From assembly GCF_003018115.1 (NCBI RefSeq), contig NZ_CP027457.1: 64,000 nt of DNA; one strand, given 5' to 3'. A model generated the notes under the pieces. It made no database searches. It was not told the DNA's origin and worked only from the letters and a program-made list of their open reading frames with translations. The position numbers were made by a program, and so were the translations under genes. The stretch is from Escherichia coli (GTDB taxonomy: Bacteria; Pseudomonadota; Gammaproteobacteria; Enterobacterales; Enterobacteriaceae). Positions 19,002 to 27,823 of the stretch are shown piece after piece; positions within the stretch are counted from its first letter, which is position 1; the number at the start of each line of letters is the position of its first letter.

Positions 19002-19096
19002 TTGAGCCTGTAACTGTTTTTTGTCCATAAATTAACCTTCATTTGATGCTGGATTGAACATATCAAAATCAGACAATTACACAAATCTATGTACAG

Positions 19097-19168
19097 GCTC
19101 AACTCCTGCCATGGAACGTAGTACTCACCAATAAGTAAGCATCAATACGGCGCTCCGTTAACGCTTAC
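19097..19168 (+). mobile_element. IS66-family right-end remnant (about 70 bp)
   Basis: CTCCTGCCATGGAACGTAGTACTCACCAATAAGTAAGCATCAATACGGCGCTCCGTTAACGCTTAC matches the last ~65 bp of the complete IS66 at 21836-21899 with a few mismatches. Confidence 0.6.
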
Positions 19169-19452
19169 TAGCATGGTTATCTCCTTAAAAAATTGAGGCG
19201 ACAACTATGCTGACACAGGGGGTTACTCACCGATCTCCTTCACGGTAATACGCAGTTCTTCAGAACCCGCCTCCGATACCAGCCTGGCGGTCGCCCCGGC
19301 GCAACAGAATAAATCAACCATCGTCAGACTGCGATCATTCGTAATGTTCCGGGGACCTCATCTTCAGTAAGCGTAAACTGACCGCCGTATGTAGCCATTA
19401 AGCCAGTATTGGTAACGTAGGTGCCCACCTTTTCAACTAGTGGACACCTGTT

Positions 19453-19878
19453 ATGGAACAGAAAATATTATCCTCAGAACCCCGCAGATCATTTTCAAAT
19501 GAGTTTAAACTTCAAATGGTTAAACTGGCTTCACAACCAGGAGCCTCTGTTGCCCGTATTGCCCGGGAACACGATATCAATGATAACCTCCTGTTCAAAT
19601 GGCTCAGGCTCTGGCAGAACGAAGGGCGTATATCGCGGCGTCTTCCGGTAACAATCTCTTCTGGCGCTGGCGTTGAATTATTACCTGTTGAGATAACGCC
19701 TGATGAGCAGAAAGAGCCTATGGCGGCTCTTACTCCGCTTTTATCCACTCCTTCACAAAGCACAGTCAGTGCCAGTTCCTGTAAAGTTGAGTTCCGCCAC
19801 GGTAACATGACGCTGGAAAATCCTTCACCAGAGCTGCTCACGGTGTTGATCCGTGAACTGACCGGGAGGGGACGATGA
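19453..19878 (+). CDS. tnpA: IS66 accessory protein TnpA (orfA)
   Basis: 141-aa ORF with HTH-like ASVARIAREHDINDNLLFKW; first ORF of the IS66 element. Confidence 0.8.
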   Translation: MEQKILSSEPRRSFSNEFKLQMVKLASQPGASVARIAREHDINDNLLFKWLRLWQNEGRISRRLPVTISSGAGVELLPVEITPDEQKEPMAALTPLLSTPSQSTVSASSCKVEFRHGNMTLENPSPELLTVLIRELTGRGR

Positions 19879-20225
19879 TCTCGCTCCCATCAGGTACCCG
19901 TATCTGGCTCGTTGCCGGCGTTACCGATATGCGTAAATCCTTCAACGGACTGGGAGAACAGGTACAACATGTGCTGAATGATAATCCCTTCTCCGGTCAC
20001 CTGTTTATCTTCCGTGGCCGACGGGGTGACACCGTCAAAATTCTTTGGGCTGATGCTGATGGTCTGTGCCTGTTCACCAAACGCCTGGAGGAAGGCCAGT
20101 TTATCTGGCCTGCGGTACGTGACGGCAAGGTATCCATTACCCGCTCGCAACTGGCAATGCTCCTCGATAAGCTGGACTGGCGTCAGCCAAAAACATCCAG
20201 CCGTAACTCACTGACAATGTTGTAA
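19875..20225 (+). CDS. tnpB: IS66 accessory protein TnpB (orfB)
   Basis: 116 aa; start overlaps the tnpA stop (ATGA); typical IS66 orfB position and size. Confidence 0.8.
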   Translation: MISLPSGTRIWLVAGVTDMRKSFNGLGEQVQHVLNDNPFSGHLFIFRGRRGDTVKILWADADGLCLFTKRLEEGQFIWPAVRDGKVSITRSQLAMLLDKLDWRQPKTSSRNSLTML

Positions 20226-20255
20226 AAAACTCCTGACCGCATTATAAAAACGGTC

Positions 20256-21869
20256 ATGAGTCAGAAATACCTCATTCGCATCGCAGAGCTGGAAAGATTG
20301 CTCTCTGAGCAGGCTGAAGCCCTCCGTCAGAAAGACCAGCAACTGAGTCTGGTTGAAGAGACGGAAGCCTTCCTGCGCTCTGCACTGACACGTGCCGAAG
20401 AAAAGATCGAAGAAGATGAACGGGAAATAGAACATCTGCGGGCTCAGATAGAAAAACTGCGCCGGATGCTGTTCGGTACCCGTTCTGAAAAACTGCGTCG
20501 TGAAGTTGAACTGGCTGAGGCTCTGCTGAAACAACGTGAACAGGACAGCGATCGTTACAGTGGGCGGGAAGACGATCCTCAGGTTCCCCGCCAGTTGCGA
20601 CAGTCGCGCCATCGTCGTCCGTTACCGGCACACCTTCCCCGTGAAATACACCGCCTGGAGCCAGAAGAAAGCTGTTGCCCGGAGTGTGGCGGTGAACTGG
20701 ATTATCTGGGGGAAGTCAGCGCTGAACAGCTGGAACTGGTGAGCAGTGCCCTGAAAGTGATCCGCACAGAACGGGTAAAAAAAGCCTGTACAAAATGTGA
20801 CTGTATTGTTGAAGCACCGGCGCCGTCCCGCCCGATAGAGCGTGGTATCGCGGGCCCCGGATTACTTGCCCGCGTGTTAACGGGAAAATACTGCGAACAT
20901 CTGCCACTGTATCGTCAGAGTGAAATCTTTGCCCGCCAGGGTGTCGAACTGAGCCGGGCCTTACTCTCCAACTGGGTTGACGCGTGCTGCCAGTTAATGA
21001 CACCGGTGAATGATACCCTGTACCGTTATGTAATGAACACCCGCAAGGTTCACACTGATGACACACCGGTAAAGGTACTGGCACCGGGTCAGAAAAAGGC
21101 GAAAACAGGGCGTATCTGGACGTATGTCCGGGATGATCGCAATGTGGGTTCGTCATCTCCTCCAGCGGTCTGGTTCGCGTACTCGCCGAACCGGCAGGGG
21201 AAACACCCGGAGCAACACCTCCGCCCCTTCCGGGGTATCCTGCAGGCGGATGCGTTCACAGGTTACGACAGGTTGTTCAGTGCAGAACGTGAAGGTGGTG
21301 CACTGACAGAAGTTGCGTGCTGGGCCCATGCCCGGCGAAAAATCCACGATGTATACATCAGCAGCAAAAGTGCGACGGCAGAAGAAGCCCTGAAGCGAAT
21401 CAGTGAACTGTACGCCATCGAGGATGAAATACGGGGATTACCGGAGTCAGAGCGTCTTGCCGTCAGGCAGCAGCGAAGCAAAGTGTTACTGACGTCGCTG
21501 CATGAATGGATGGTGGAGAAGAATGGTACGCTGTCGAAAAAATCCAGACTGGGCGAAGCGTTCAGCTATGTACTGAATCAGTGGGATGCCCTCTGTTATT
21601 ACAGTGATGACGGTCTGGCGGAGGCGGATAATAATGCTGCGGAAAGAGCGCTTCGTGCAGTCTGTCTCGGAAAGAAAAACTTTATGTTCTTTGGCAGCGA
21701 TCACGGCGGCGAGCGTGGAGCACTGTTGTACGGGCTGATCGGCACCTGCCGTCTGAACGGTATCGATCCGGAAGCGTATCTGCGCCATATCCTGAGCGTA
21801 CTGCCGGAATGGCCTTCCAACCGAGTTGATGAACTCCTGCCATGGAACGTAGTACTCACCAATAAATAA
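20256..21869 (+). CDS. tnpC: IS66-family transposase TnpC
   Basis: 537 aa; N-terminal coiled-coil/leucine-zipper-like region and Cys cluster CCPECGGE...CTKCDC, ends LLPWNVVLTNK. Confidence 0.9.
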   Translation: MSQKYLIRIAELERLLSEQAEALRQKDQQLSLVEETEAFLRSALTRAEEKIEEDEREIEHLRAQIEKLRRMLFGTRSEKLRREVELAEALLKQREQDSDRYSGREDDPQVPRQLRQSRHRRPLPAHLPREIHRLEPEESCCPECGGELDYLGEVSAEQLELVSSALKVIRTERVKKACTKCDCIVEAPAPSRPIERGIAGPGLLARVLTGKYCEHLPLYRQSEIFARQGVELSRALLSNWVDACCQLMTPVNDTLYRYVMNTRKVHTDDTPVKVLAPGQKKAKTGRIWTYVRDDRNVGSSSPPAVWFAYSPNRQGKHPEQHLRPFRGILQADAFTGYDRLFSAEREGGALTEVACWAHARRKIHDVYISSKSATAEEALKRISELYAIEDEIRGLPESERLAVRQQRSKVLLTSLHEWMVEKNGTLSKKSRLGEAFSYVLNQWDALCYYSDDGLAEADNNAAERALRAVCLGKKNFMFFGSDHGGERGALLYGLIGTCRLNGIDPEAYLRHILSVLPEWPSNRVDELLPWNVVLTNK

Positions 21870-21909
21870 GCGTCAATACGGTGCTCCGTTGACGCTTACA
21901 GCTTTCCCA

Positions 21910-22284
21910 CTATTTCTTGATTCCTAAACGGAACATATCAGTTGGGAATAAAGGTTGTATTATCACTTCATCATTAAAAATGAATAATTTGGGCGATAAA
22001 GCTGTTACGTCATAGATATTTTCAGCGATTAATCTTAGATTTGACCTAAAAACTGGAATACTTGCATCATCTGCAAAGACAAACATGTCATCGTTTTTTA
22101 CAGAGTTTGCACACAATAGCTCATCAAAACTCTCATAATCAGAATGCCAGATCTCTGACCAAGTAACACTTCCTTTCGCGAGAGGGTACTTATTTAAAAT
22201 GCCCAGAGCCTCCTGCTGAGCCAGCCCCTCTACTATATTAAAATCAGCACTCAGTGCTTCCCGACACTCATCAAATAAAGTCAT
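21910..22284 (-). CDS. cdiI: orphan CDI immunity protein (pair 4)
   Basis: 124-aa ORF directly downstream of orphan cdiA-CT 22290-23657 with a 5-nt gap. Confidence 0.6.
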   Translation of the reverse strand: MTLFDECREALSADFNIVEGLAQQEALGILNKYPLAKGSVTWSEIWHSDYESFDELLCANSVKNDDMFVFADDASIPVFRSNLRLIAENIYDVTALSPKLFIFNDEVIIQPLFPTDMFRLGIKK

Positions 22285-22289
22285 TTGCT

Positions 22290-23657
22290 CTACCTGTTTA
22301 GCTGTTTCAATATTGTTTCAAAAGACTTTTCATTGCCTTCAAAAGGTATGACTTGCTTCACCGCTTTTCCAGGGCCTTTACCCTGCGAGTAATCCCATAT
22401 ATTGATGTGTGTGCCTTTTTCAGGATCATAATCAACACGCCAACCAACTTTTCCGTCGCTGGATTGCCGCCCTATGACTTTCCCATTACCAGCGCTGACT
22501 TCCAAACGTCCGATAACTGGCTTAGAGTCCGCTCCTAAATTACCTACAAGATCCAATGCCTTGTTTCGAGCAGTTTCCCAGTTTTTCTCTGGCTTGAGGA
22601 TTTGTTCAATTTTAGGCTGGGAATTCCCTTTAACCTTACTAATTCCCCCAAATGCTGACGCCGCAGCGCTCGCGACTATTCCCGCCTGAACTTCATCCAA
22701 ACCGTATTCTTCTTGGAGTGCTTCCGAGACTTTGTTGGTCGCGACAACCCCTTCAGCCTGCATTTGCTGCGCAAAAGTCGCCGTCAGATCGTAGACCATT
22801 TTGATCGGGATATCTTCACCCAGAGCACGATCTATTGCCTGCTTCACCGCCAGACTGTCAGTCAGTACATCACCGTATTTCTGCTGGCAGGTTGCCGGGC
22901 TGGCTGCACAGTCACTGATCAGTTGCTTTTGCTGTGCCGTACTCAACTCTTCGTACTTTTTGATAATACCGCCGCAGTCACCGCCTTTCGCCTGACAGGA
23001 CTTCATTTCAGCGGACCAAGCATCTATCTGCTTACTGCTCAGATAGTTATTCTCAACAGCATTCTTCCCGCTTTGTGCTCCCACTGCTGCTGATGCGGTG
23101 CTGTTTCCGGTAAGACCTCCGGCCAGCCCTGCTGACACGGTTGCCAGCGTACTTATCGTTTGCTTCTGCTCTTCACTGAGGTCTGACTGTTTCACGCCCG
23201 GATACAGCATGCCGGCAATCGCTCTGACTGCCAGCTCTCCCGTTGCTGCGCCTGCTGCACCGGCAGCAACATTATTACCCTGCATTGCCGCCACTGCGCC
23301 GCCCAAAATGGCGTGAGCAATGGCGTTTACTGCCGGGTCTTTTTCTGTTGATTTCAGCAGGTGCGCCAGTTCCGGAGCCGAAGTTCCGGCCAGAGCACCC
23401 GCTAAATTACCCCCCGCCAGCCCCTGAAGCGCGGCCTGGATACCCCGCTGAATTTCACTGCCGGTACCATACTTCGCCATTTCATCCCTGTAAGCCTGCG
23501 TGTCACGCAGTTTTGCCAGATATGCCTGCCGCTGCTCTTCCGTCGCATCCGCCGGAACAGGCCCATATTTATCCTGCGCAGCCTTCAACGCATTCAGTTC
23601 CCCCTGCGTCCGCGCAATATCAGCCACCTGACTGCCTATGTCACTGATAAGCCCCAC
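22290..23657 (-). CDS. cdiA-CT: orphan CdiA C-terminal fragment (pre-toxin region, VENN motif, toxin domain)
   Basis: Contains [11 protein letters not shown]; region before VENN is homologous to the pre-toxin region of the full cdiA in this window; no upstream secretion domain. Confidence 0.75.
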   Translation of the reverse strand: MGLISDIGSQVADIARTQGELNALKAAQDKYGPVPADATEEQRQAYLAKLRDTQAYRDEMAKYGTGSEIQRGIQAALQGLAGGNLAGALAGTSAPELAHLLKSTEKDPAVNAIAHAILGGAVAAMQGNNVAAGAAGAATGELAVRAIAGMLYPGVKQSDLSEEQKQTISTLATVSAGLAGGLTGNSTASAAVGAQSGKNAVENNYLSSKQIDAWSAEMKSCQAKGGDCGGIIKKYEELSTAQQKQLISDCAASPATCQQKYGDVLTDSLAVKQAIDRALGEDIPIKMVYDLTATFAQQMQAEGVVATNKVSEALQEEYGLDEVQAGIVASAAASAFGGISKVKGNSQPKIEQILKPEKNWETARNKALDLVGNLGADSKPVIGRLEVSAGNGKVIGRQSSDGKVGWRVDYDPEKGTHINIWDYSQGKGPGKAVKQVIPFEGNEKSFETILKQLNR

Positions 23658-23742
23658 TGTCTGCAGACGCTGCTGCTCTTTTTCCTTGTCAAAGATGGAA
23701 AAGCAAAAAAACCAGCCAACTGAACTAGCTGGTAGTTAAAGT

Positions 23743-24006
23743 CTATTTGATTTTGCTTAAAATATTATTGACTATCGGTATTACAGAACTAACCAATTGC
23801 TCTTCCTCAACTGTATACAAAAGCAATTCGATCTCATTCTCCGCATTAAATAACATTGTATGGAGCCACTTTTCCTCAACAGCAACAATTTGGCTTTCCG
23901 CAGCATAAATTTCTGATTGAATACTTTGTACCGTTATTTTCCCTTCAAGAAAGTTTTTACAAGAGTGTTGTAACCTCTCGATCACCTCAGGATAAATCCA
24001 ACTCAT
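23743..24006 (-). CDS. putative immunity protein (pair 3)
   Basis: 87-aa acidic ORF overlapping the stop of the upstream toxin-like ORF by 4 nt. Confidence 0.45.
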   Translation of the reverse strand: MSWIYPEVIERLQHSCKNFLEGKITVQSIQSEIYAAESQIVAVEEKWLHTMLFNAENEIELLLYTVEEEQLVSSVIPIVNNILSKIK

Positions 24007-24719
24007 TGCCCACTCCTGCGAAGAATAGTAACAATAATATTACTGTTATTTTCAGTGACTACACCTACGTCACCACTCCAATAAGTCGTTCTAGTTACGC
24101 CATTAACGACACTATTTTGAGGAGTTCCTTCTTTGATAACACTTTCAACCATATTCGGCGTTATATTTCTCCCTGGGCCAACTGTGCCGGCTGGAGAACC
24201 AGATGGCTGCATTCTATCAACAGCATGTTGTGAATACAAACGATGACCTATTTGTGCATATTGTCGCCCATCTACTGTAACCTTTCGATAATTTTGCCAA
24301 GAGTCCCAAGGTAACTTTTCAGAACTATTAGGTACGTTTTCTGATGAGGTTTTCTCATTACGTTGCTCTATTGATTCATTATTCCTGGCGTTCTCCTCAT
24401 CCTGCGGCTCCCATCCCCCCGGTGTTCCAGCACCTGCGCCACCAAGCTCAGCTTTCTCCTTGTCCGTAGCGCTCGCTACGTCTTTGCCCAGATTCGGCTG
24501 TTTGTTTTCGTCTGTATTGTCGCCATTCAGCACATACCCCGGCCCCCGGGCACCATCGCGACTCGGATCACGTACAGCACACTGTTCCCGTGAGCCTTCA
24601 CAACCACCACCGGTATCCCAGCTATTATCATTCCCGGTATCCTTACTGGCATTACCTGTAGCACCAGCTATTGCTGCTGCCGTATTAGCTGCTGTTTCAG
24701 TGGCTATCACGTTCAGCAT
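24003..24719 (-). CDS. orphan polymorphic-toxin C-terminal domain protein (no VENN visible)
   Basis: 238-aa ORF in the orphan array, coupled to a small downstream ORF; toxin fold not assignable from sequence alone. Confidence 0.5.
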   Translation of the reverse strand: MLNVIATETAANTAAAIAGATGNASKDTGNDNSWDTGGGCEGSREQCAVRDPSRDGARGPGYVLNGDNTDENKQPNLGKDVASATDKEKAELGGAGAGTPGGWEPQDEENARNNESIEQRNEKTSSENVPNSSEKLPWDSWQNYRKVTVDGRQYAQIGHRLYSQHAVDRMQPSGSPAGTVGPGRNITPNMVESVIKEGTPQNSVVNGVTRTTYWSGDVGVVTENNSNIIVTILRRSGQ

Positions 24720-24736
24720 ATTGTTTTCAGCAACAA

Positions 24737-24955
24737 CTATTTACGATAGTATCTTCGCATTTGTAGATAGAGTTGTAACCAAATCCCAGCACCTCCCCAT
24801 AAGCCAACTACTGCGCCAATTATTCCGTATTTTACATACACCTCAGAAGGTATTGGTTCCCGAGCTATAAGCCAGATACTAACCACTATTCCAATAGAGC
24901 AAGTAGCTATAGATATAAGTAACAACTTAATAAGAAGTAGTAGATGTTTTTTCAT
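24737..24955 (-). CDS. cdiI: small membrane immunity protein (pair 2)
   Basis: 72 aa, two hydrophobic segments (LLLLIKLLLISIATCSIGIVVSIWLI and IIGAVVGLWGGAGIWLQLYL); overlaps the upstream toxin stop. Confidence 0.6.
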   Translation of the reverse strand: MKKHLLLLIKLLLISIATCSIGIVVSIWLIAREPIPSEVYVKYGIIGAVVGLWGGAGIWLQLYLQMRRYYRK

Positions 24956-25809
24956 TTTTTGTCTCCATCAACTTCTTTTTGCGTTGCGCTGCTTGCACCT
25001 TCTGATACGAATGAACCAACAAATCCACCAAATGTTCCTGGTATAGAGCTCATTTGGCCGCCTTGATACATACCGTATCCGATAGACTTTTCCGAATATT
25101 GCAGTGAATATTTACTGGCGTCCATTCCCAGTTGATTTTTGATGTATTGAGCTTCTAACTTATTAGTAATTGAAGCCCCAATGTTATAGCCAAGGCCTGT
25201 ACCAGCCATGCTACCCACTACTGATGCGGTACTGTCCTGGCCTTCAATCTGGCTGCTCATGTAAGCGCTACCGGCACCCAACAACTGATTAGCGTAATAT
25301 CCTTTCCCGGCTGTACCTACACCAGTCAAGCCTGACATCATGAAACTGAGATAATCGAACTTATCACCGATATTTCCCGTACCAATTTGTACCGCACCAT
25401 TAGCCCCATAGCTCAGCCCGGCACTGACAAATTTTTCAGTCAGCGTGGCTGATGATGTTAACAATGAACCCGCTCCGGCAACCGTACCCCAGTAATTTTC
25501 CGGTTCCCCGAAGAAAGCCAGAGCCTTATCACCTTTCGATGTGTTGTTGTTCAGATAGTTCAGGTCATAGCTGTTACTTTCAGTGACGTAGTTCTTCACG
25601 TCCTGGTTTTCCAGCGAACCATACAACCAGCCAGGCCGACCTGCCGCGCTGAGTCCGCCCTCAATATTCCATTTATCTTCCCCGGACAGAGCCGTCAGAG
25701 GATCTGTGGCCACATCAATGTGTAATTTCTGTCGGTGCTCTGCGCTTATTACAGCATATTTATTCTGAATATCGCCGCAGTCTCCACCCACTTTACGACA
25801 GGCCGTCAT
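24952..25809 (-). CDS. cdiA-CT: orphan CdiA-CT, glycine-rich membrane-active (ionophore-like) toxin domain
   Basis: In-frame VVVENNYLS is encoded at about 25836-25860, upstream of the first Met; body rich in G-x-x-x-G/A runs. Confidence 0.65.
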   Translation of the reverse strand: MTACRKVGGDCGDIQNKYAVISAEHRQKLHIDVATDPLTALSGEDKWNIEGGLSAAGRPGWLYGSLENQDVKNYVTESNSYDLNYLNNNTSKGDKALAFFGEPENYWGTVAGAGSLLTSSATLTEKFVSAGLSYGANGAVQIGTGNIGDKFDYLSFMMSGLTGVGTAGKGYYANQLLGAGSAYMSSQIEGQDSTASVVGSMAGTGLGYNIGASITNKLEAQYIKNQLGMDASKYSLQYSEKSIGYGMYQGGQMSSIPGTFGGFVGSFVSEGASSATQKEVDGDKK

Positions 25810-26173
25810 TTCTCTGTCAAAAGCATGCGCCTCGTCGTAGCTGAGGTAGTTATTCTCAACAACAACTCTTTCCGACGTAAGTTGCTGCGATGAACCCTAT
25901 TTTCTCCTTGCCTTTCCGTGAATTACAACCGTTTTCCCCTGCTGTACTTCCTGCCTGCCAACTTTTTGCCCCGACGCGCCTTTTTCGTCTGAACACGCTA
26001 CCGCCCCGGTGAAAAGTCCACCGAGTAAATAGCCTGCGGCTATTTAACATAACGCGCGGGAATTATGCGCAGTTCAGGAGGCCGAACCACGCATAATCAG
26101 CGTTATGTCTTGCGCCCTTCAGAAGCCTGCGATAGTGCAGGCTGACAGTCAGGAGACCCAGACGGTTAAGATA

Positions 26174-26467
26174 TTAACTGTCGGGCTCTCCTTTTTTATT
26201 ATTTTTATAATCAATCATCAAGTTATTCACCTCATTCCATAGTTGCTCATCGTTAAATTCGTATTCTTCACGATCATTATCTGGGTTGTACATATCAGCC
26301 ACACAGAAGACACTGGATAATAATTCACTTAGATTATCATTATCTTGCTTAAGTAGGTTACTATCACGCTCACCCTTCCACTTCGCCATATAAGTGTCGG
26401 TAAAATATTCAGCCGATATATTCTTAGCAAGAAAATCATCAATGTATTTTTTAAGAGACTGACTCAT
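26174..26467 (-). CDS. cdiI: orphan CDI immunity protein (pair 1)
   Basis: 97-aa acidic ORF whose start overlaps the stop of orphan toxin 26464-27237. Confidence 0.55.
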   Translation of the reverse strand: MSQSLKKYIDDFLAKNISAEYFTDTYMAKWKGERDSNLLKQDNDNLSELLSSVFCVADMYNPDNDREEYEFNDEQLWNEVNNLMIDYKNNKKGEPDS

Positions 26468-27237
26468 CTTAATGTCCCGTTATTTATGAAGTTTTCATAT
26501 TGCTTCGTTTGAGGATCAAGCTTCCACCCACTAACAAAATTACCAGATTTATCAATTACAACCACATTATTAGTTTGTGGATTGAAGAACACCTTTGATT
26601 CTGGAATTAATAGGTATGTCCCATGTTCATAAGTCGTCTTATTATCTAAATGTGATTTGATGGCAGCCTGATATTCTGCAATGGTATCACTATTTTTCTT
26701 AGTTGTTATTACGCCAAAATCAGAAGCATGTTTAAATTTCTTATCTAACTGTTTTGCGCTGAAAGCGACACTATCAGAGACGATTGTAGCTCCAGCATTT
26801 GGAATTTTCTTCCCTGGAAGTATAAGGCTAGCCAGTATTCCGCCAGTTGCTTCCAGCGCAGCCTGGTTCCCTCCATACGCTTGTTTCACATTCTCTGCTA
26901 CTGCTGACCAGGTTTCACTTTGCATCAGCGCTTTAACGCTGTCTGCCACTGCCTGATTTTTACCCGCCAAATCACTCAGTGCTTTATCACAATAGCTTTC
27001 GCCGGTTGCACATGAGGCGAGCGCCATTGCCGCATCACCCACATAATCGGCTGAGCCTATTGCCGTATCACCGGAGTCAGCGATGACATTAATAATGCCG
27101 TTGGCAATAGCCGATGAGGCTCCGTCTCCCAGCTTATCCCTGACCTGTGTTTTCCACCATTCAGCACTTTGTTTGACCGATTCCCTGGCCTTATCACCCG
27201 CCAGCGAGTTATTCTCAACAACAACTCTTTCCGACAT
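26464..27237 (-). CDS. cdiA-CT: orphan CdiA-CT-like toxin beginning MSERVVVENNSL
   Basis: VENN-type junction directly after its own ATG; 257 aa. Confidence 0.65.
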   Translation of the reverse strand: MSERVVVENNSLAGDKARESVKQSAEWWKTQVRDKLGDGASSAIANGIINVIADSGDTAIGSADYVGDAAMALASCATGESYCDKALSDLAGKNQAVADSVKALMQSETWSAVAENVKQAYGGNQAALEATGGILASLILPGKKIPNAGATIVSDSVAFSAKQLDKKFKHASDFGVITTKKNSDTIAEYQAAIKSHLDNKTTYEHGTYLLIPESKVFFNPQTNNVVVIDKSGNFVSGWKLDPQTKQYENFINNGTLR

Positions 27238-27438
27238 AAGTTGCTGCGATGAACCCGGATTCTCCCTGCATTTTCCGTTAGTTACAGCCGATTTTCCCTG
27301 TTGTACTTCCTGCCCGCCAACTTTTTGTGCTGTTAAGCGTTTCTGGCCCCGCAGACGCTACCGCCCCGCCGTGACGCGCCACCATCATATAAGCAAACTA
27401 CAGCACCACTTAGGATGGTGGTGTCTTGGATTTATATT

Positions 27439-27822
27439 TCAATTAAGAAGTTCCTTTGATACGTTACCAGTATCAAAAAACTCTTTTAAGATCTTTACAA
27501 TAAGTTCACAGTCTTTTGTAAGCTGAGATTCCGGCCAGTAATCACCAAGAATCACCATTTTTGTATCAGGTTTAGATGAGTCCCAGTACGTTCTTACTTG
27601 GTATTCATCTTCAAAAATTTCACCTAATGTTATCAAGTAATAACCATTCTCCGTTCTGATCTGAAGCATTTCAGCGCTATTATCGCCACTGTTCTGTATA
27701 TCAAGAGTAAGTGTTCCTTTTTTTCCCTGAATTAGTTTAAACTGATTTAATACCATGTCCCAATTTGAGATCTGTTTATTGCCACCTGTTTCGCCCAGTG
27801 TCCAACTCACTTTAAAATTCAT
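27439..27822 (-). CDS. cdiI: cognate CDI immunity protein for the CdiA C-terminal toxin
   Basis: 127-aa ORF starting 2 nt after the cdiA stop; canonical cdiA-cdiI arrangement. Confidence 0.7.
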   Translation of the reverse strand: MNFKVSWTLGETGGNKQISNWDMVLNQFKLIQGKKGTLTLDIQNSGDNSAEMLQIRTENGYYLITLGEIFEDEYQVRTYWDSSKPDTKMVILGDYWPESQLTKDCELIVKILKEFFDTGNVSKELLN

Positions 27823-27823
27823 T

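Larger units (their letters stand above)
19367..21899 (+). mobile_element. complete IS66-family insertion sequence (about 2.5 kb, three ORFs, imperfect terminal inverted repeats starting GTAAGCG)
   Basis: Left end GTAAGCGTAAACTGACCGCCGTAT at 19367 is an imperfect inverse of the right end ...ATACGGTGCTCCGTTGACGCTTAC at 21899; contains tnpA/tnpB/tnpC. Confidence 0.9.
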
